A stretch of 63,552 bases of DNA, filler included, from Octopus bimaculoides (GCF_001194135.2; 8 parts of 8 records of this genome joined end to end with filler, not necessarily neighbours in it), one strand, 5' to 3'; shown: positions 12,549-23,989, numbered from the whole stretch's first letter. Numbers and translations: made by a program. Notes: generated from the letters alone by a model not told the origin.

Positions 12549-12704
12549 TCGTTTTTACCCTGTTGATTGAATCTTGGTTGCTTTTAGCTGGGTCCACTCT
12601 GTTGCAAGTACTAGGTTCGTGGGGCAGGTTGGTAGGTAGATGTTGGATGACCCAGCAAAGGATCTCTGGGTTACCTAGGGGCATGCTTTCTGTTTATTTA
12701 ACTT

Positions 12705-13100
12705 TTATCTCTTGCTTGTTTCACTCGTTCAGCTGCGACCAGGCTGGGGCAATGCCTTGAAGAATGTTTTAGTCAAACATATCTACCCCAGAATTTATTT
12801 TTTTCTTATTAAGTCTTGTGCTTATTCCATCAGTGTCTTTTGGTGAACTGCTAAGTTATGGGGCATAACCACACCAGCACCGGTTGTCAAGCAACGATGG
12901 GGACAAACAGACACACACACATATAACACAAACACACACGCGTAATATGGGCTTCTTTCAGTTTCCATCTACCAAATCCACTCACAAGACTTTGGCTGGT
13001 TCAAGGCTATAGAAGAAGACACTTGCCCAAGGTACCACACAGTGGAACTGAACCCAGAACCATGTGGTTGGGAAGCACGCTTCTTACCACACACCCGCGC
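12705..13100 (-). mobile_element. tRNA-derived SINE family D with internal (CA)n; further copies near 715-935, 1955-2322, 21070-21490, 24790-24975, 27415-27790, 34345-34655, 47915-48272, 59640-59797
   Basis: Shared ttcagtttccgtctaccaaatccactcacaaggctttgg...cttgcccaagg...gaacccggaaccatgtggttgg and tgactgcggccatgctgg...aagcctagtacttattc blocks. Confidence 0.8.
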
Positions 13101-13106
13101 CTGCAC

Positions 13107-13166
13107 ATTTTTAATTATAAAAATATGATAGGATATTTTTAATTATAAAAATATGATAGGATATTT
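13107..13166. repeat. ~29-bp AT-rich tandem repeat running into the 897-N gap
   Basis: atttttaattataaaaatatgataggat present twice immediately before the gap. Confidence 0.7.
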
Positions 13167-14080
13167 NNNNNNNNNNNNNNNNNNNNNNNNNNNNNNNNNN
13201 NNNNNNNNNNNNNNNNNNNNNNNNNNNNNNNNNNNNNNNNNNNNNNNNNNNNNNNNNNNNNNNNNNNNNNNNNNNNNNNNNNNNNNNNNNNNNNNNNNNN
13301 NNNNNNNNNNNNNNNNNNNNNNNNNNNNNNNNNNNNNNNNNNNNNNNNNNNNNNNNNNNNNNNNNNNNNNNNNNNNNNNNNNNNNNNNNNNNNNNNNNNN
13401 NNNNNNNNNNNNNNNNNNNNNNNNNNNNNNNNNNNNNNNNNNNNNNNNNNNNNNNNNNNNNNNNNNNNNNNNNNNNNNNNNNNNNNNNNNNNNNNNNNNN
13501 NNNNNNNNNNNNNNNNNNNNNNNNNNNNNNNNNNNNNNNNNNNNNNNNNNNNNNNNNNNNNNNNNNNNNNNNNNNNNNNNNNNNNNNNNNNNNNNNNNNN
13601 NNNNNNNNNNNNNNNNNNNNNNNNNNNNNNNNNNNNNNNNNNNNNNNNNNNNNNNNNNNNNNNNNNNNNNNNNNNNNNNNNNNNNNNNNNNNNNNNNNNN
13701 NNNNNNNNNNNNNNNNNNNNNNNNNNNNNNNNNNNNNNNNNNNNNNNNNNNNNNNNNNNNNNNNNNNNNNNNNNNNNNNNNNNNNNNNNNNNNNNNNNNN
13801 NNNNNNNNNNNNNNNNNNNNNNNNNNNNNNNNNNNNNNNNNNNNNNNNNNNNNNNNNNNNNNNNNNNNNNNNNNNNNNNNNNNNNNNNNNNNNNNNNNNN
13901 NNNNNNNNNNNNNNNNNNNNNNNNNNNNNNNNNNNNNNNNNNNNNNNNNNNNNNNNNNNNNNNNNNNNNNNNNNNNNNNNNNNNNNNNNNNNNNNNNNNN
14001 NNNNNNNNNNNNNNNNNNNNNNNNNNNNNNNNNNNNNNNNNNNNNNNNNNNNNNNNNNNNNNNCTCTCTCTCTTTCTCAG

Positions 14081-14587
14081 GTGACGGCTCTGAGTGCAAT
14101 TACATTCGGCCTGGCCGCCGGCAACACACTAACCACCCTGATCGTTATTCGGGATAAACTCAGCAAAGACGGCTTCACCCTGCGCAACTTCCGCCACAAG
14201 TACCGCTACAACACTTCAGCCGGCGGTCAACCTGCGCAGGCGACCCCTTCGCCATCAACCTCGAAGAAAACACAGAAGACTACCACCACTGCCGCCGCCG
14301 CCGCCGTCGCCGCCACCACCACCACTACCACCACTTCTCCTGTCAAACCTGTTGTTGATGTCACTACTTCTACTCCTACTACTACTACTACTCCTCCTGC
14401 TGCAAGTGCTACCGCTGTTGATGCTACTACTACAACTACCACTCCCATTTCTACTGCTACCCCCACACCTGCTGATATTACTACCACTACTACTACTACT
14501 ACTACTACATCCACTACTGCTTCCACCACTACGGCCACTACTCAGCCTTCATCGTCACAAGAGCAGGAGACATGTGATGTGAAATGA
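14081..14587 (+). CDS. TMEM120: TMEM120 terminal coding exon: last TM helix (VTALSAITFGLAAGNTLTTLIVIRDKL) plus a ~140-aa basic then Thr/Ala/Pro-rich tail, stop TGA
   Basis: Acceptor tttctcag at 14073-14080, phase 0. The V1..G14-N15..TTL..V..K register matches [26 protein letters not shown]; frame open to TGA at 14585-14587. Confidence 0.85.
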   Translation: MTALSAITFGLAAGNTLTTLIVIRDKLSKDGFTLRNFRHKYRYNTSAGGQPAQATPSPSTSKKTQKTTTTAAAAAVAATTTTTTTSPVKPVVDVTTSTPTTTTTPPAASATAVDATTTTTTPISTATPTPADITTTTTTTTTTSTTASTTTATTQPSSSQEQETCDVK

Positions 14588-14989
14588 AGTGAAGTGAGGT
14601 GAAGTGAAGGCCTTGATGCATATCTCCCCCACTTTTTTCTTCTCGAACAACAACAGTAACAGCAGCAGCAGCAGCAGAAATAATGACGACGACGACGACG
14701 ACAACAACAACAACAGCAACAACAACTACAACACACCGTTTGACGGTTTCTCTGTGAGTCGAGTGAAGATCTCCACCGCGACCATCACCACAGACACCAT
14801 CACTACAACGATCACAGACAATATCGACAACAACAACAACATTATTTACATTATTTTACCTTTGACGGATATTCGTCCTCATCTTGTTTGTTGTTAACAC
14901 AACGTTTCGGCTGGTGTACCCTCCAGCCTTCATCAGGTGTCTTGGGGGAAATTTCGAACCTGGGTTCTCATTCCTAACGATGTTACTAA

Positions 14990-15060
14990 CGGCGTAGTGG
15001 TTAAGAGCGCAGGCTACTAACCCCAAGGTTCCGAGTTCGATTCACAGCAGCGACTTGATT
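14990..15060 (+). mobile_element. Short tRNA-like SINE or tRNA pseudogene followed by (AAT)n
   Basis: A box ggcgtagtgg, anticodon-arm-like ggctactaaccc, B box gttcgattc; no intact acceptor stem. Confidence 0.55.
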
Positions 15061-15098
15061 AATAATAGTAATAATAATAATAATAATCAGATAATAAT

Positions 15099-15198
15099 NN
15101 NNNNNNNNNNNNNNNNNNNNNNNNNNNNNNNNNNNNNNNNNNTTAATTAATTAANNNNNNNNNNNNNNNNNNNNNNNNNNNNNNNNNNNNNNNNNNNN
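15099..15198. other. Assembly spacer N44-TTAATTAATTAA-N44 (unknown-size gap); also at 24656, 33105, 45887, 50295, 59149, 61210
   Basis: Seven identical 100-nt blocks; the 12-mer is palindromic with stops in all six frames. Confidence 0.95.
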
Positions 15199-15313
15199 GG
15201 TGTTGGTGTTGGTGTTGGTGGTGGTGGTGGTGGTGGTAGATATCATGTTCTATGTAAATGTCTTGAAATTTTTTTTTTTTAATTTTTTTTTTTTCATAGA
15301 CTTAGATCTATTT

Positions 15314-16426
15314 TCATTTAGACACGGATCTTTGCATAACTATATAATCTGTGGTTTTAGTTTTGGCTCGTTTTAATGTTTTTATGAATGGACAGCAAAC
15401 GGATAAGCCTTCCATGTAAACTCGTCTAAAGTCTCGCATGAAAAATGGATAAATAATTGGGTTAATCAGACTGTTACAGTACCCGAGCCAGACCATCCCT
15501 GTAAACAGCTTGGGTGGGATACATCGGCAAAATGCTTCGGTGATGTTGAAAATCAGGAACGGTGCCCATGTAACTACATAGGCACCAACAATAATCCCAA
15601 GTGTTATTGTGGCCTTCCGCGTGAACGGCTCACGTATGTGTTTTGAAGCGACCTTCTGGCCTAAGAGAACGTTGGTAGGGGCGATAAGAGTGCCCAGTAT
15701 GCACGACTGTCGCTTGGCTTCTTTGGACACTCGGTAATATAGGACGAATGCTACGACGATGGGAAGGAATATGGTGACCATTGAGGCGGTCAGTGCAAAA
15801 GGCATGCTAACTATGAAGAGACATTGTGGCCGGGCGCTAAACAGGGTCAGATTTTCTAAAGACGGTAAAGTAGGGTTGTGGTATCCAGTCTCTATCGGAA
15901 CGAAAGAACTTAATATGGACAGGCCCCAGCAGATCAGCAAAAGTGCAACGGCACGTTGAGTGGTCATCAGAGCGTTGTATCGTAACGGTCTCATGATGAC
16001 CAAGTAGCGGTCGAGGCTGATGAGACACACGTTCAAGATGGACGCACTGCAAAGCATTACATCAAAGGAGGCCCAAATTGAGCAGAATGTCTGCGAGAGT
16101 ACCCATTCGTCGAAGATCTCATTCAACATGGCGGGAATCATAACTACAGTGCCGACCAAGAAATCGGCAACGCTTAGAGACATTATAAACATATTGGAAA
16201 TTGTGCGCAGGTTCTTGCGTAAGGAAACTGCTACGAACACCAAAACATTCCCGACGATTGTAGCCAAAATTATCAGACAGAGTATTATACCAACTGTGAC
16301 GTTTGGGGGGTCCTTTACGTAGATGGCCCTTAATAGGGACGGATTTAACTGATCCTGAAGAGAAGGATACTCGAGAGTTTGTTGCACCACTAACCCACTT
16401 AGGGGGCTATTTGTTGGTCCATTCAT
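15314..16426 (-). CDS. HTR6: Class A aminergic GPCR, 5-HT6-type serotonin receptor, 370 aa, single coding exon
   Basis: Seven hydrophobic helices, D3.32 (D122), DRY, WxP, NPIIY. 5-HT6-diagnostic strings: VMIPAMLN, FDVMLCSASILNVCLISLDRY, A5.42/S5.43/T5.46, N6.55, WLGYCNSLINPIIYPFFMRDFRR. Confidence 0.93.
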   Translation of the reverse strand: MNGPTNSPLSGLVVQQTLEYPSLQDQLNPSLLRAIYVKDPPNVTVGIILCLIILATIVGNVLVFVAVSLRKNLRTISNMFIMSLSVADFLVGTVVMIPAMLNEIFDEWVLSQTFCSIWASFDVMLCSASILNVCLISLDRYLVIMRPLRYNALMTTQRAVALLLICWGLSILSSFVPIETGYHNPTLPSLENLTLFSARPQCLFIVSMPFALTASMVTIFLPIVVAFVLYYRVSKEAKRQSCILGTLIAPTNVLLGQKVASKHIREPFTRKATITLGIIVGAYVVTWAPFLIFNITEAFCRCIPPKLFTGMVWLGYCNSLINPIIYPFFMRDFRRVYMEGLSVCCPFIKTLKRAKTKTTDYIVMQRSVSK

Positions 16427-16864
16427 GGGGTACCAGAGATGAATTTGTTATATTGTTATTATTAATGTTGCTTGCTGGTTCTGAGATTTGTCATTATTTT
16501 CAATGCCATTTCTGTGCACGTTGTCGGGTTTTCTTGAAATAATAATAATTTTTTTAAATATATATATATTCTTTCGTTTTAAATGTCAGTTCAAAGAGAT
16601 CATATTTTATATAAATACATATATTTGTTTGTTTGCTTGGTGCATTATTAATTTCGGCTCATATGCCCTCTCTCTTTATACTTTTATAATTCATATCAAT
16701 ATCGACGAAGGTAATGCCCCCGCATGGCCGTAGATCGATGATTGAAAGCAGTAAAAGATTACAGTATAGAAATGTTGCTCTCTTCCTTTCTCTGTTGTTC
16801 CTTTTATCATGATTCAAAAAAAAAAGGTTCATAAATATTTCATTATTCATACGCATATATGTAC

Positions 16865-16896
<32 letters not shown>

Positions 16897-16953
16897 GTAC
16901 GTACGTATGTATGTAGTATGTTTGAATGAATGAATGTATATATGTATGTAGTA

Positions 16954-17007
<54 letters not shown>

Positions 17008-17879
17008 GTATATTGATAAGGAAGTTATTTACTGTAATCTGTGCGCAGCAAAATGCTACACAAGTACTGTGTATGTTTGTATGTATGTATTTATGTACAT
17101 ACGTATGGATGTATGGATGGATTGATGTATGGATGGTTGGATGGATGGATGATACAAAATTTATATGATTATGGAAAAATCGAGTATATGGGGAAGCTGA
17201 TGTGTAGCTGCGTTATCTGACTGCTGCAAAAATAGACCATTAATACAATCACAACACATATATAAAATATATATGTATATATCTATAGCTACATATATAA
17301 TTTACATACATAAAACATGTATGCGTGCGGGTGGGAATCTGTGTGTGCGTGTGTATGCAATGTGAAAGTTGCAGTCACTGTCGTCTGCTTCTATGAGTTT
17401 TATCTTTTCATATAGATTTTTTCTAGTAAGCAGATTAACACCGAAAATATTGCTAAAATTTTACTGCCTTCATTCATTATTAATTTTCCTTTTTATTTCT
17501 TCGTTTTCTTATTATTCGTATTTTTATTTCTCTCTTTTCTATCATTTCATACGCCGTCCGCATGCATCTTCTTTTTTCACGACGTTCGATTTCATATTTG
17601 GTTTTGTATGCCTAAATCTATCATTCGATATTCTTTAAAAATCTTTATTTCAAACTTGTTGTCTACGAGGTGGACCCCGTAGGGGGGAAGAAACTGGCGG
17701 TTTCAACACCCGACGACGTCGTCTTTGAAATGCTCATTGGCACCATTAGCTAAGGTACATGGTTTGATGGAAATTTCATTTTCACAATATCGTTCCATGG
17801 CATAGTACACTGGCTGATCGGAAAACGTCAGTAGTGGATCACAGGCAGACAAGGACATTCCTAAAATAAAGTAAATAAA

Positions 17880-17882
17880 GTA

Positions 17883-17953
<71 letters not shown>

Positions 17954-18422
17954 TTTCATTTATTAGTAACAAGGACGAAAGATAAAGGAGACAATACAAA
18001 GATAGACATGAGGTGTGGGGGTTTACATATAATGAAATGATTAAAAAAAAGGAAAGAGAGAGATAAATTAAGTATACACGGTTATACTTAATCATCATTA
18101 TGGACTCGGCCGATAGACAGAACCGTCCCACACGTGACGGCATCTATTCGACATAACCCCACAAGCCAGCAATGCCCGGACACTGAACGAAGGCGCGCAG
18201 AACGGTTTCGTCGCTCTGCGCGCACTTCGGACGAGCCCGTCTTACAGCACATCTCTGCCTGTAGAGTTTATCTCGAACCGGTAACGCTGTCAGGCCAAGG
18301 ACATTTGGAAATTATATATGATAATAATAATAATGATGATAACAACAAAAGCAACAACAACAACAACAACAACAATAATAATAATTATAATGATAATAAT
18401 CATCGTTCTTCTTCTTCTTCTT

Positions 18423-18508
<86 letters not shown>

Positions 18509-18510
18509 TT
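17880..18510. repeat. Long (TAA)n and compound (AAT)(AAC)(TTC)(TTA) microsatellites flanking a unique GC-rich core; (AT)n, (CA)n, (CT)n, (GAT)n and (TAA)n tracts occur throughout the window
   Basis: Directly visible. Confidence 0.95.
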
Positions 18511-20235
18511 CTTTTAGTTGCCACCAGCACGAAAGATGAAAGGGGAAATACAAAGACAGACATAGAGCGTGGAGGTTTTCATATGATAAAAAAAAGGGGG
18601 GAAGCAAACACTGTATACATGATAAGAAGGGATATAGACATTGTATACGAAAATACGACACTAATAGCAATAGAAAAATACATAACCAAAACTCTGGAAC
18701 TAAAGAATATACGTATATAACAGAAAATAACCCTGCTAGGCACCGCACACATTCTACATTAAGCACTTTTAGTATTGTAAAAATAATATTAACCAAGCCA
18801 ATGCACATATCCAAGGTACACCGAGCTGCATTTGGTAGAGCATAAAATGCATTTAAAACGGTCGGCTGGAAAGTTCATATGCTGACCAAGAGCCTCTCGT
18901 GGAATGGGACTAAATGAGCTTCTTTTTTTTTTCAGCGTAGTCCTCTTTGCAGTCTATGCACTTCTTCCATTGATGTTGCTGTACTCAAACCCATCGGTGG
19001 ACAAGCTTTCATCCTGTTGGTGAAGAACGCTATCAACAACAGATATGACCTCATCACCACTGCGATACTGGTTCCCAGCCAAGTGTCTAAGTGTCTTTTC
19101 ATGTCGGGGAACAGATGCTAGACAGATGTGGCCAAATCGGACAACGAAGCTAAGAGAAAACAGCTATTATATCGATAAAGATAATAACATTGAAAATACT
19201 TATTATTTATTGATAATAAAACAGCTTTCTGTGGTAGATGTTGCCAGTATTGAATGAATAAATGAAGGATGGTAAATTAATCTAGCCTACACGTGACCCG
19301 TTGGGTCATCTGGAAATTCTGAGTTTCCCAACAACGAAATTTTGTTTCATGGGTCTTGCTTTCTTTTCCAGGTCATTTCGCATATTTTCAACGAATGTGA
19401 CATTGAAATCACGAGTAAACGGCTCCTTTCCCCAGAAAAGGAAAGATTTGGCTGCTAGTTCTTGCACGCCCTGCTACCATGTAACAGGTATTTCGGGTCC
19501 TCTATCGCAAATAGAAGTTACGTGGTAGCAGGGCGTGTTAGAAATGGCAACCAAAGTTTTGGAGCTGAGATACGTTGAAAGCACTCAAAGAAATTTTTGT
19601 AATGATATTCCCTTGGGGTGATCTTTCGTTTTGACTCTCAAAACTGTCTCTTTACTTCTCAGAACTGTCATCTTAATCAGCTGGTTTTGTTCGTTAATTT
19701 CCGTAAAATTTCTTTATTTATTTACTTTTGTTTTAAAGTGAAAGAGAGAAGAAAGTAATGTAGCAAAGGAAATATTAAAAGAAAGTGAGTAGAAAATCTA
19801 AAGGCTGGTCTTGGAAAAACCTGGAAGGAAAGCGGTACTAGGAAGTATTACCAAATGGCTAAAAAATAACAGAGATTTAATAGGTATATTTGGGTTAGAG
19901 TGGAGCAGAGAGGAAAAGATTCGCATACGTGCTACAACGCGAGGACGAAATACGTGAATGAAGTGTTCAGGATCACAATATATATATATATATATATNNN
20001 NNNNNNNNNNNNNNNNNNNNNNNNNNNNNNNNNNNNNNNNNNNNNNNNNNNNNNNNNNNNNNNNNNNNNNNNNNNNNNNNNNNNNNNNNNNNNNNNNNNN
20101 NNNNNNNNNNNNNNNNNNNNNNNNNNNNNNNNNNNNNNNNNNNNNNNNNNNNNNNNNNNNNNNNNNNNNNNNNNNNNNNNNNNNNNNNNNNNNNNNNNNN
20201 NNNNNNNNNNNNNNNNNNNNNNNNNNNNNNNNNNN

Positions 20236-20279
<44 letters not shown>

Positions 20280-22569
20280 TACACACATATAGACAAACAC
20301 ACAGAGACATAGACACAATTACATACATACACACAGACTCTCACGCGCATTCATACAATTTGATCTTCATACAAAAATACTCCACGCACGGAAATTTTTC
20401 TGAGACAAGTAAAACAAAAATGAAACGGACATTCAAAATAGAACACATAACGAAACACAAATATAAAATACAACTGCTTAATAATACATGTTCTGTGCAA
20501 AGCTGGAAATAGTTCAATAAGCAAAAGAAATACTGGCAAATTTCCTGTTGAACGTATATTGTAATTCTCATGTGAACAATATCTTGTAACACTATACCCT
20601 CAGGTGGTGCTCCTGAGAAAGCTAACACTATATATACACCTAAAATAAACACAAAGTTACAACAGGACGCATGACCAATAAAAACTACATTAAGTGTTAC
20701 ATGTATATTAAACGACAAAATACAGAAGAATTATCAAAGAGACATAAAATCTTAAAGTGGGAGATAATATAACAGCGAACACATTAGCTAACGTTAGGAG
20801 GTTTCTAGAGGAAGAAATATTTCAGATATGGAACTAGACAAACAACTAATCTGAAACAATAGTGGAAATAAATGGCAACTATAATAAATATACATCCTGC
20901 TACAAGAAATAAACACACAACAGAAACTACAACATACGAAAACACAAACGATTCCACAAAAGAAATAAAGCAACGTAAGGGAGACAACCTCGCTCAAATA
21001 AGTAAGCATTCAAACTAAAGATGACGTAAGCAACTAACAAGGCAGTAAAGTAAATTAAAAACACATCTTTTATCTTTTACTTGTTTCACTCATCAAACTG
21101 CGGCCATGCTGGGGCATCGCCTTGAAGAATATCTTTTTAGTGGAATGAATCAAACCCAGTATTCTTTTTTGTAAAGCCTGGTACTTATTCTATGGATATC
21201 TTTTACTGAACTGCTAAGTTATGTGGGCGTAAACACACCAACACCGGTTGTCAAGTGGAGCAACGTGAAATAAAAGTGTCTTGCTCAAGGACACAACGCG
21301 TCGCCGGGAATTGAACTCACGACCCTACAATTGTGAGTGGAATGCTCAATCTACTAAACCACGTGCCTATATACATACATACATACATACACTCACAAGG
21401 CTTCGGTCCGCTCGAGGCTATATGAAAAGACCCTGGGACTGAACCCGGGACCATGTGGTTGAGAAACAAGTTTCTTACGACACAGCCACGAACGGAATTA
21501 AAATTTCAAACGACCGTAAAGACCTTGACCGTCTTTCACCCTTTATTCTCTATCTAACAACAATCAAATTAACAACACACATCTCAACGAAACGACCAGA
21601 AATAAGATTTATGACGATCTGTTTAAAACTATGAAGAGAATGAAAGAGAGTGTCAATAATCAATGAATAAAGATCAGATACAAGGTTTCCAAGTGGCAAA
21701 CAGATAAACAACTTCATAAAATGCTACACAAATATCNNNNNNNNNNNNNNNNNNNNNNNNNNNNNNNNNNNNNNNNNNNNNNNNNNNNNNNNNNNNNNNN
21801 NNNNNNNNNNNNNNNNNNNNNNNNNNNNNNNNNNNNNNNNNNNNNNNNNNNNNNNNNNNNNNNNNNNNNNNNNNNNNNNNNNNNNNNNNNNNNNNNNNNN
21901 NNNNNNNNNNNNNNNNNNNNNNNNNNTTATCGACCCCGAAGAGATGGAAGACAAAGTGGACCCCGGCAGAATCTGGGCTTAGAACAAAGTCGGAAGAAAG
22001 CAGTAACGAACCTGTCAGCTCGCCACCTTGACAGAAATGGTTAATATTGATTACAAATTTTGACAAAAGGCCAGCAAATTCGGCGATTGCGTAATTGATC
22101 AGATCGATTCCGGTGTTTAGCTAATACTCGTTTTATCGACCCCGAAAGGATGAAAGGTAAAGTCGACTTCGGCGTCATTTGAACTCGGAACGTAAAGACG
22201 AACGAAATGTCGCTAAGCATTTTGCCTGGCGTGCTAACGATTCTGCCAGCTTGTTGACTGAGGAGCAATGGTAATGCTGGGGAGAAAAAAATATGGCTTC
22301 GATCCTCCTACGAAAATATAGAAAAAGAAGCATGATGTTTACAATTACAAGACCAAATCCCTTAATTAGCGATGTAGATTCAATTAGCGGGAGATTTAAC
22401 ATGAAAATGTAAAAAAGAAATGTTCTGAATAACAAAAAGAAAAACAAAAATACACGTTAAGATATTTTGGAATCAAAAGAAAATTTCAAAGCATGGCAGC
22501 AAAATTATGCTGAATGAGATGCGTTGAAAGACACGCGAGTTTTTCCAGGGGGATTATGTATTTTAAATA

Positions 22570-22850
22570 AATGTCAAAAGACTCTATGGGGACATCATCA
22601 AAGAGAATAGCATTACACCAAAAGACACACCAACACCTTGGCATACTATGAGGGGATATAGGAGAACGGCGCAGAGCATAGTCAAAATGCGGAATGGATT
22701 AAGAGCGAAAGAAATAATAATAGGATAGCATCGCAAATATGGTTCACTATAACCGATAAGGAAATCACCAACGTATAAAAGAACTGCAAGTAAGTGGATG
22801 ACACATGGCTTGCCAAGTTCAAAGAGATGCACTTGGATAGTAACTGATGG
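22570..22850 (+). mobile_element. Possible very degenerate R4/Dong-like pre-RT fragment
   Basis: Decayed QNAEWIK, WFTITDKEIT and TWLAKFK-like segments; many disablements. Confidence 0.35.
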
Positions 22851-23989
22851 GAATAAAGTAGAGCTATTGAATGAAATGATGACGGGTCCTCAGTCGGTTG
22901 CGACGATGAGAGCTCTAATTGATCCGATCCTACTGATCCAAAAGAACAAGAAAATCATGTGACCCAACATCAGAAATGTAAAAGAAACTACAGGGTTTAA
23001 CACAATATACCTAATTCGAATATTGACAGAAGACCAGGAATTTCTGGGGAGTGGCTAAGTCGATTGAGTGGACCCCAGTGATCATCTGGTACTGTATTTG
23101 CTTTGTATTTGTACAAGTTGACTCCATGTCTCACCCAGAGACCTCAAGAGACAAGAAGTTAGAAGTTCATGCTGGTGTTATGCCTAGGGTGTCATATATT
23201 TGGTTTTGTACATAGTATTGTTCTAAAGAATGTTTAAGAAAACATAAGAGAATAAGTTTGTTTTAAAATTTGAGATTACATAGACAGTATTTTACGTAGG
23301 ATATGGGCAAGTCCCATGAGCACTATCTATTGAATTTCTGCCCTTATCATCATTATTATTATTATTATTATTATTATTTTTAATACTTATGGTTTCCTTT
23401 CATTATAACTTTATTTCAGCTGCCTTAGTACCGGGCATCCTCCGGAGGCCAAGAGTAGCAAGGGCACTTTGTTTGGCTATACATGCTAAAATTATCACTA
23501 CACTTATTCCATTTTAGATGGAGACTGCTTCCCTGTGTTTGAAACTGTATGTGTTTTCTTACTTGTAGTTGCAAAAAACGCATGCCATCCAGCGCGGAAG
23601 CAGCTACAACTACTGCGACNNNNNNNNNNNNNNNNNNNNNNNNNNNNNNNNNNNNNNNNNNNNNNNNNNNNNNNNNNNNNNNNNNNNNNNNNNNNNNNNN
23701 NNNNNNNNNNNNNNNNNNNNNNNNNNNNNNNNNNNNNNNNNNNNNNNNNNNNNNNNNNNNNNNNNNNNNNNNNNNNNNNNNNNNNNNNNNNNNNNNNNNN
23801 NNNNNNNNNNNNNNNNNNNNNNNNNNNNNNNNNNNNNNNNNNNNNNNNNNNNNNCACACACACACGAAAATAAAATAAAATAAGATAAAGAGGGAGGCGG
23901 AATTTATTTTATTAAGTAATAAGGGACAAAATTATCTTTCAAGCGAGAACTTTATTGAACGTGGTCGTTCATATGAACATTTAAGTATA

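Noticed and set aside
15143-15154. Recurring TTAATTAATTAA palindrome (7 times)
   Set aside because: Always centred in exactly 44+44 N; an artificial six-frame-stop gap spacer.
18181-18230. Hammerhead in the GC hairpin (GACGAAAC on the minus strand)
   Set aside because: No CUGANGA strand in the required position.
20380-21020. A-rich unique stretch resembling a decayed LINE ORF
   Set aside because: No recognisable EN, RT or zinc-knuckle motif in any frame.
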